A DNA stretch of 64,000 bases from an uncultured Pseudomonadales bacterium. Lineage in GTDB: Bacteria; Patescibacteriota; Microgenomatia; UBA1400; MFAQ01. The position numbers were made by a program, and so were the translations under genes. Below the pieces are notes generated by a model. The model had not been told where the DNA came from. It saw only the letters and a program-made list of their open reading frames with translations, and ran no database searches. The DNA lies in the NCBI GenBank assembly GCA_964357975.1, contig CAYHNG010000002.1, positions 4,560 to 68,559 on the forward strand, in the 5' to 3' direction. This document shows positions 58,581 to 64,000 of this stretch, piece by piece. The number at the start of each line of letters is the position of its first letter. The first letter of the stretch is position 1.

Positions 58581-58946
58581 TTAGATAGATTTTAATTTAG
58601 GAGCCAAGATTGCTCCAAAGTCTCCAAAGAGGACCTTGCTGACGATGGCAATAATTAGGAAACTAGCGGCAATAATGACTAGCCCCACAAGACTCATGGT
58701 GATTTTATTTTGAGCTTCAGTTAGTTTACCTTTGTCTCCACCGGAGGCAATATAGGCAAGTCCACCAGTGAGGAGTTGCCAGAGAGCGAAGACTCCGGCA
58801 ATAACTACAATGAAGCGAACTAGGGCAGAGATGATATCTGTGGTCTGAGTGGTTTCCTTTGGGATGCCTGCGGGAAGGTCGATGGTACCTATTACATTCG
58901 CGGCTAGGGCTGACTTGGCGAATAATGTGTTTAGTATATTGATCAT
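58581..58946 (-). CDS. TrbC/VirB2-like pilin 6
   Basis: GGLAYIASGGDKGKLTEAQNKITMSLVGL. Confidence 0.8.
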   Translation of the reverse strand: MINILNTLFAKSALAANVIGTIDLPAGIPKETTQTTDIISALVRFIVVIAGVFALWQLLTGGLAYIASGGDKGKLTEAQNKITMSLVGLVIIAASFLIIAIVSKVLFGDFGAILAPKLKSI

Positions 58947-58949
58947 AAA

Positions 58950-59273
58950 TTAAAAGAATTTAAAGCCAATAATTGCCCCCATAACTCGGGTGATTAGGAA
59001 AGCGAGAACAATGAGGATCAGACCAAGTATTCCATAGTTTAGCATGTTCTGAGCTTGTTCGGTTTTGCCTTTGTCACCACTTGCAGTGATATAGTTGAAA
59101 CCAGCCAGGATAATGACGATAAAGGCCATGACGCCGGAAATTATTAGCACATTGGAGATTAGAGGGTTAATAAGGTTGGCCAATGTGGCCCCACTACCGC
59201 CGACATTCAAGGCTTTGCCTGGAGCATAGAGATTTTCCAACGATTCTGCCGCAAGGACAGTTTTGATAACCAT
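58950..59273 (-). CDS. TrbC/VirB2-like pilin 7
   Basis: AGFNYITASGDKGKTEQAQNMLNYGILGL. Confidence 0.8.
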   Translation of the reverse strand: MVIKTVLAAESLENLYAPGKALNVGGSGATLANLINPLISNVLIISGVMAFIVIILAGFNYITASGDKGKTEQAQNMLNYGILGLILIVLAFLITRVMGAIIGFKFF

Positions 59274-59302
59274 ACTGCCATTTTACAGTAAAATTAGACA
59301 CT

Positions 59303-60415
59303 ATGGAAACAAACAAGCTTGGGCGGTGGGCAAAAGAAAAATTAATCGAACTGGCATCCGAAACAGATGCGAGACTGGAAAAATATTGGGATAAGGAGAT
59401 AAAGAAGGACTTTGGTTTTAACAAAACGCAAAAAGAATTGGTGAGAAAAATGCTTTTGCATGCCAGAGAACACAACCTCAGATCGGCCAAAAGAGCAAGG
59501 GCGGGATTCGTAATTTATGGATATCAGCTGGGCAAAGAACCTGATCACTTAAGGAAGCAAGAACTCAAGACAGAAAAAGAAAAAGTGTGGAGGGCGGCGG
59601 AAGGGATAGAGTTGATTCACACGGCTCTTTTAATGCACGATGATTTTATGGATGGGGATAGGGTAAGGAGAGGAGGTCCGACGACTCAGGAATTTTTTGG
59701 TAAGGTAGACACACATTATGGAGATACGATGGCCATAAATGTCGGTGATGCAATTCTGTGTATGGGGTTTGACAGACTATTGGAGTGTAGCTCCGAGGGA
59801 GAAAAGACCAGACAGGTTATGAAACAGGTGTTCAACGGAATAACTCATACAGCCTTTGGGCAGGCGTATGATCTGAGTTTGCCAAAATTGGGAGAGATGA
59901 CGGAAGAAAAGGTGATGAGTTTGCACAGAGCAAAAACAGCTATTTATACTTACGAGAACCCATTATTGATTGGTGGAATTCTGGCTGGATTAACAAAAGA
60001 GGTTTTGGAAATCTTGCGAGATTATGCCACCGATGGAGGAATTGCGTTCCAGCTGCAAGACGACATTTTAGGTGTTTATGGGAACGAGGAAAAAACCGGA
60101 AAATCAATTAACTCGGATTTATTGCAGGGCAAGGTAACCCTTTTGGTAGTTAAAGTGATGGAAACGGGGACAAGGCAACAAAAAGAAAACTTGTTGAGAA
60201 TATGGGGAAAAAAGCAGGCGGAGACAAAAGATATCGATGCGGCGAAAGAAGCAATCAGAGATAGTGGGGCATATATGTATTCGGTAAAGGTGGCGAGAGA
60301 GTTGGCCGAGAAATCGGCTCGGACAACAAACAGATTGCGGGGGAAAGGATTAAACGATGAAGCAATTAACTATTTGGAAGGGATTGCGAGGTATATGGTG
60401 GAGAGAGAGGTTTAG
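59303..60415 (+). CDS. Trans-polyprenyl diphosphate synthase (FPP/GGPP synthase)
   Basis: ELIHTALLMHDDFMD..RRG, GQAYD, KTA.Y, AFQLQDDILG, DL.QGK.T. Confidence 0.92.
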   Translation: METNKLGRWAKEKLIELASETDARLEKYWDKEIKKDFGFNKTQKELVRKMLLHAREHNLRSAKRARAGFVIYGYQLGKEPDHLRKQELKTEKEKVWRAAEGIELIHTALLMHDDFMDGDRVRRGGPTTQEFFGKVDTHYGDTMAINVGDAILCMGFDRLLECSSEGEKTRQVMKQVFNGITHTAFGQAYDLSLPKLGEMTEEKVMSLHRAKTAIYTYENPLLIGGILAGLTKEVLEILRDYATDGGIAFQLQDDILGVYGNEEKTGKSINSDLLQGKVTLLVVKVMETGTRQQKENLLRIWGKKQAETKDIDAAKEAIRDSGAYMYSVKVARELAEKSARTTNRLRGKGLNDEAINYLEGIARYMVEREV

Positions 60416-60428
60416 AGTCTCACTTTTC

Positions 60429-60522
60429 GGTTCGAAGTGCGCAAAATGTTGTGCTCGACCTCCGTCCCTCGAGTACGAGTGCGGATCCGCTCCGCGCGAC
60501 ATTTTGCTTGCCCTTCTGTACC
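60429..60522 (+). repeat. 94-nt structured repeat (family B), copy 2
   Basis: See copy 1. Confidence 0.85.
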
Positions 60523-60592
60523 GTCGTTCGACAATACCTAATGTGACAAAGGTGAGAGTGTTTGGGAGAAAGGGTGTCCTAAGATTTATTTT

Positions 60593-60886
60593 ATGGAAAT
60601 ACCCAGACATTGGCGCGAACAGCCAACGAGGATGAGATTTGATGGATCAGAGAAAAACTTAAAAGATTCAGAAATGAGAGTGTTTAAGTATCCCGGGGGG
60701 TCTATCCCATTAGTAGGTGATTATCAGCAGATTCGACAGCGATTTGAGAAAAGAGGTTTTAGTGAAGAAGCAACAGAGGAAATTTTATTTCGACTTTGGG
60801 GTGGAATCCCCGCCGAAGCGGCGATCTCTTTGGGTGAAGTCGTCAATAGCTTTCATGAATTGGTCGGGAGTGAAATCGGGGAATAA
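60593..60886 (+). CDS. Small hypothetical protein with a DUF35-like N-terminus (MEIPRHWRE)
   Basis: PRxWRE start; 3' end overlaps uppS in antisense. Confidence 0.5.
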   Translation: MEIPRHWREQPTRMRFDGSEKNLKDSEMRVFKYPGGSIPLVGDYQQIRQRFEKRGFSEEATEEILFRLWGGIPAEAAISLGEVVNSFHELVGSEIGE

Positions 60887-61495
60887 GGTAGGAGTGAAGT
60901 AAAGTTCCGAGTAGACACTTTGCCAGGGTAGGTAACCCGAGGTACGGCGTTCTCCACCGGTACGGATAACTAGGTCGGGGTCGGGCATACCGGCGGTGTC
61001 CAGGTAAGATGAAAAAATTTCTTCATTTATATTGTTTGCGGGAATCTGGTCGTTGATGATTTTTTTGATTGCACGAATGATTTCGTCCCGACCACCATAA
61101 TTAAGAGCAAAGGAGACAGTAATTTTATTGTTTTTGGAGGACTTAGAGATCATTTCCATTGATTTTTTGGCAATATCTTCAGGGAAACGGCTCATGTCAC
61201 CTAATATTTGTAGCTTTGCTCCTCGCTTAATAAATCTGAGAGCAAGGGCTCCAAAGGCAATTCGAAATATATCTAAAATCCCCCTGACTTCTTTTTCGTC
61301 TCTTTTCCAATTTTCGGTAGAGAAGGCCCAAAAGGTCACATAGGGGATACCCAGATCGACACATTTTTCGATCAGAGGTTCAATGGTGTGGTTGGCGGCG
61401 TATTCGTGACCTTTGACAGGTTCCAAACCTTGTTTTTTTGCCCAACGACGGTTGCCATCCATCATGATCGCAATATGTTTTAGTGGAAGTTCCAT
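60785..61495 (-). CDS. uppS: Undecaprenyl diphosphate synthase
   Basis: HIAIMMDGNRRWA, AFSTENWKR, NYGGRDE, PDLVIRTGGE.R.S. Confidence 0.97.
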   Translation of the reverse strand: MELPLKHIAIMMDGNRRWAKKQGLEPVKGHEYAANHTIEPLIEKCVDLGIPYVTFWAFSTENWKRDEKEVRGILDIFRIAFGALALRFIKRGAKLQILGDMSRFPEDIAKKSMEMISKSSKNNKITVSFALNYGGRDEIIRAIKKIINDQIPANNINEEIFSSYLDTAGMPDPDLVIRTGGERRTSGYLPWQSVYSELYFTPTLFPDFTPDQFMKAIDDFTQRDRRFGGDSTPKSK

Positions 61496-61521
61496 GCAGG
61501 TATAAATTATACCAAAAGAGG

Positions 61522-61860
61522 CTAAACAATATTGCCCAGTCCTAAAAAGTTGGTAATGACACGTACAACTAGATAAGCGGTAAATACCATAATGAGACCG
61601 ATAAAGCTGTTTAATAGTCTTGTTGTAGCACTAGCTACCCTTTTCGGGTCCCCTGAGCTCATCATGTATTCCCAGCCGGCCATGACGAGATTAGCAAAAA
61701 AGAGAAGACCAACAATGACGAAAACAAGGGTGAGAAGGTCTTTTGATAATACACTACCAAGATCGGTGAATTTGTTGATTCCAACGACCTGGTTGATACT
61801 GTTTTCTAACCCCGTAATGTCTACTTCGTCAGCTGCCAGAACCAGATTGATTAATGACAT
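61522..61860 (-). CDS. TrbC/VirB2-like pilin 8
   Basis: AGWEYMMSSGDPKRVASATTRLLNSFIGL. Confidence 0.75.
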   Translation of the reverse strand: MSLINLVLAADEVDITGLENSINQVVGINKFTDLGSVLSKDLLTLVFVIVGLLFFANLVMAGWEYMMSSGDPKRVASATTRLLNSFIGLIMVFTAYLVVRVITNFLGLGNIV

Positions 61861-61863
61861 AGT

Positions 61864-62262
61864 TTATTTTAGACCGGGAAGGCTAAGAATGTTAACTCCA
61901 ATAAGTCTTAATAAAAAGACGGAAAGGATAATAAAAATTAGACCGGAAATGGCGGAAGTGATAATCTCTTGACCCTCTTTCAGCTTATCGGGAATGCCGG
62001 CTGAGGTAGTGATGATAAAGACTCCAAAGAGCATGAGAATAAGAGCTAGTCCACCCCCAAGACCAACGGCGATCTTGAAGACTGAAGTAAAAAATGACGC
62101 CCCACCGGTTTCGACTGAAGTTGATATGCAACCAAGAGCAGTATTCACTTCGTCAGTACCACATCCTGTGCTTGGACCAACAAAAGCAGCGTGTGTGGAA
62201 TGTGGGGATAGAACAATCAGTGAAACAAGAAATATGAATATGAAGTATACGAGGCTTCTCAT
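61864..62262 (-). CDS. TrbC/VirB2-like pilin 9 (start placed at ATG 62262)
   Basis: Signal peptide, C....NTALGCI, TSAGIPDKLKEGQEIITSAISGL. Confidence 0.75.
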   Translation of the reverse strand: MRSLVYFIFIFLVSLIVLSPHSTHAAFVGPSTGCGTDEVNTALGCISTSVETGGASFFTSVFKIAVGLGGGLALILMLFGVFIITTSAGIPDKLKEGQEIITSAISGLIFIILSVFLLRLIGVNILSLPGLK

Positions 62263-62300
62263 GTAGGGTAATTTTAACATGATAGGGTAAACTTAGAGAG

Positions 62301-64000
62301 ATGAAGTGGAGATATTTTTTATTGTTGGTGATAATGCTATCTTTGGGTGCCGGTATGCGGTCGGTGGCGGCGATCGATTGTTCTGATGGGAATATCAACA
62401 ATCTGGACATTGGTCAGCTCGAAATCTGTAAAAATGAGTCACAAAAAGAACTAGACATGTCACTGGCGGCGACGGCGCCTTTGGAAACTGAGGTCAAAAA
62501 ACTAGGAGCCAGGATAGCGACTCTACAAAAAGGGATCAATACGGCTTTGGCAAAACTAAAAACCACCGAAACTGGAATTAAAGAAAGAAGTGAAAAAGTG
62601 TCGACACAATACCTGGTATTGGCGGTGAAGATAAGAGGAATGTATATCCGACTCCGATCCGAACCGTTGTGGGTGAGTTTGCTTTCTAGCACGAGCATGG
62701 GACAAACCAGGAGGGAACTGGCTTATAGACAAGAGAGTAATGATAAAGATAAGCAGGTAATTGTGAGCTTGGTGCAAGAAATTGGCCAACTGGAAGAAGA
62801 TAAAAAAACTTTGGAAAAACAAAAAGAGCAACTTAGTAAATTGCAGGCGGAACTGGATAAACAAAACCTTTTTTTCCAGGCTGAGGTAAAAAAAGCAAAG
62901 GCCTTTCAGAGTGATTTGTCGGGAAAGATTGCGGCGCTATCGGCCAAGCAGGCGGCGATCTTGGCCGAGAAACAAGGAACATTTACGACAACAGTAGGCG
63001 ATGTACCTTTGGCTGATGACGTAAACGCCAGACCGGATTACAATCCCGGATTTTCACCGGCTTTCGCAGCCTTTTCATTTGGGGCTCCTCACTTCAAAGG
63101 TCTGAGCCAATATGGTGCTTTTGGCAGGGCAAAATCAGGACAAAATGCAGAAACTATTTTGCATGCATATTATGGAGGAATCGAAATTAAGAAAGATTAT
63201 CCAAGAGATAAAAAAATTAAAGTTCAGGGATATGGGGAAATGGAGATTGAAACTTATATGAAGCGGATTTATGAAGTTCCTAATACATGGGGGGACAATG
63301 GTGGCTTTGAGGCACTAAAAGCGCAAGCCGTCGCCGCCAGAAGTTACGCATTGGCTTGGACTGATGAAGGAAGAGGTGGTGCAATTTGTACAACACAGTC
63401 GTGCCAAGTGTTTAAGAATTCGGATAAAGGAGGTAACTGGGAGAGAGCGGTAAACGAAACAAAAGGATGGGTGTTGTGGAATAATGGAAAACCATTTAAG
63501 GCCTGGTACGCATCAACATCGGGGGGTTATCAGGAATCATATACAGATAGTTATAGTGGGTACACAACACCTTCCCTTTGGGACACATCGGATGGAAGAG
63601 GTGGTTGGACGTCTCTGGCATATGAAAAAAAGGGAGAAAGCCCTTGGTTTTATAAGGGTTGGTACAAAGGGACGTCAGGGGACACCTGCGGTCGATCACA
63701 CCCTTGGCTCAATAGTGAAGAGATGGCGGACATCTTGAATGCTTGGATAGTATTGAAAAATGGTTCAGATGATAGAGTTTCGCCAGTTGGAAGTTGCTGG
63801 GGAGGGAATCCATATTCATTATCTGAGTTGAGATCAAAAGCTGGAGGAAGCAGTTACTCAAGCGTGAGCGGAGTAACCGTGTCATATTCCGACGGAGGAT
63901 ATACCTCAAAAGTACATTTTGATACCGATCGAGGTGGAGTAGATATTAGTGGAGCAGATTTTAAGAAGATATTTAATTTGAGAGCACCGGGGAGAATTTC
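62301..64000 (+). CDS. Secreted coiled-coil protein with SpoIID/LytB lytic transglycosylase domain (runs off the window; missing from the ORF track)
   Basis: Manual translation MKWRYFLLLVIMLSLGAG..., coiled coil, GAPHFKGLSQYGA..RA..GQ....ILHAYY, EALKAQAVAARSY, CTTQSCQV. Confidence 0.85.
   Translation, partial: MKWRYFLLLVIMLSLGAGMRSVAAIDCSDGNINNLDIGQLEICKNESQKELDMSLAATAPLETEVKKLGARIATLQKGINTALAKLKTTETGIKERSEKVSTQYLVLAVKIRGMYIRLRSEPLWVSLLSSTSMGQTRRELAYRQESNDKDKQVIVSLVQEIGQLEEDKKTLEKQKEQLSKLQAELDKQNLFFQAEVKKAKAFQSDLSGKIAALSAKQAAILAEKQGTFTTTVGDVPLADDVNARPDYNPGFSPAFAAFSFGAPHFKGLSQYGAFGRAKSGQNAETILHAYYGGIEIKKDYPRDKKIKVQGYGEMEIETYMKRIYEVPNTWGDNGGFEALKAQAVAARSYALAWTDEGRGGAICTTQSCQVFKNSDKGGNWERAVNETKGWVLWNNGKPFKAWYASTSGGYQESYTDSYSGYTTPSLWDTSDGRGGWTSLAYEKKGESPWFYKGWYKGTSGDTCGRSHPWLNSEEMADILNAWIVLKNGSDDRVSPVGSCWGGNPYSLSELRSKAGGSSYSSVSGVTVSYSDGGYTSKVHFDTDRGGVDISGADFKKIFNLRAPGRI

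Noticed and set aside
38862-62262. Integrative conjugative element or prophage
   Set aside because: No integrase, relaxase, att pair or phage structural genes; housekeeping genes are interleaved.
56498-62262. Type IV (PilA-type) pilins, shufflon or diversity-generating retroelement
   Set aside because: No GFTLIE-type prepilin motif, no recombinase or inverted crossover sites, no reverse transcriptase or TR/VR pair.

Overview
Chromosomal segment around the replication origin of a small-genome bacterium. Gene content and style (VirB4/PrgI/VirD4-like genes, many TrbC/VirB2-like pilins, DUF4012, VanW and PEGA proteins, a short ValRS, TGA used as stop) suggest Patescibacteria/CPR, probably the Microgenomates group; this placement is inference. 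Core genes: tatD (partial), a GT2/WecA/UbiA envelope operon, tRNA-Cys, rdgB-gap-pgk, groES-groEL with a CIRCE-like operator, tsaD, valS, rplY, rnhA, jag-yidC-yidD, rnpA-rpmH, dnaA-oriC-dnaN, ispA and uppS. Directly right of dnaN lies a ~23 kb type IV secretion-like locus with nine divergent pilins, VirB4, PrgI, a VirB6-like protein, cell-wall hydrolases, a RelE-type TA pair and two large inserted ORFs; no relaxase or integrase is visible. A VirD4-like ATPase fused to a Nudix domain lies on the other side of the origin. The most striking unannotated signal is a family of 14 modular palindromic GAGAT...ATGAC elements, 8 of them in frame inside genes (rnpA, valS, virD4-like, prgI, a nucleotidyltransferase). 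Also present: a 94-nt structured repeat with compensatory changes, in-frame 7/8-mer microsatellites, a duplicated tsaD 3' end marking a cassette-capture event, and many -10 boxes directly before start codons (leaderless-type genes). All assignments come from reading motifs by eye; no database searches were run.
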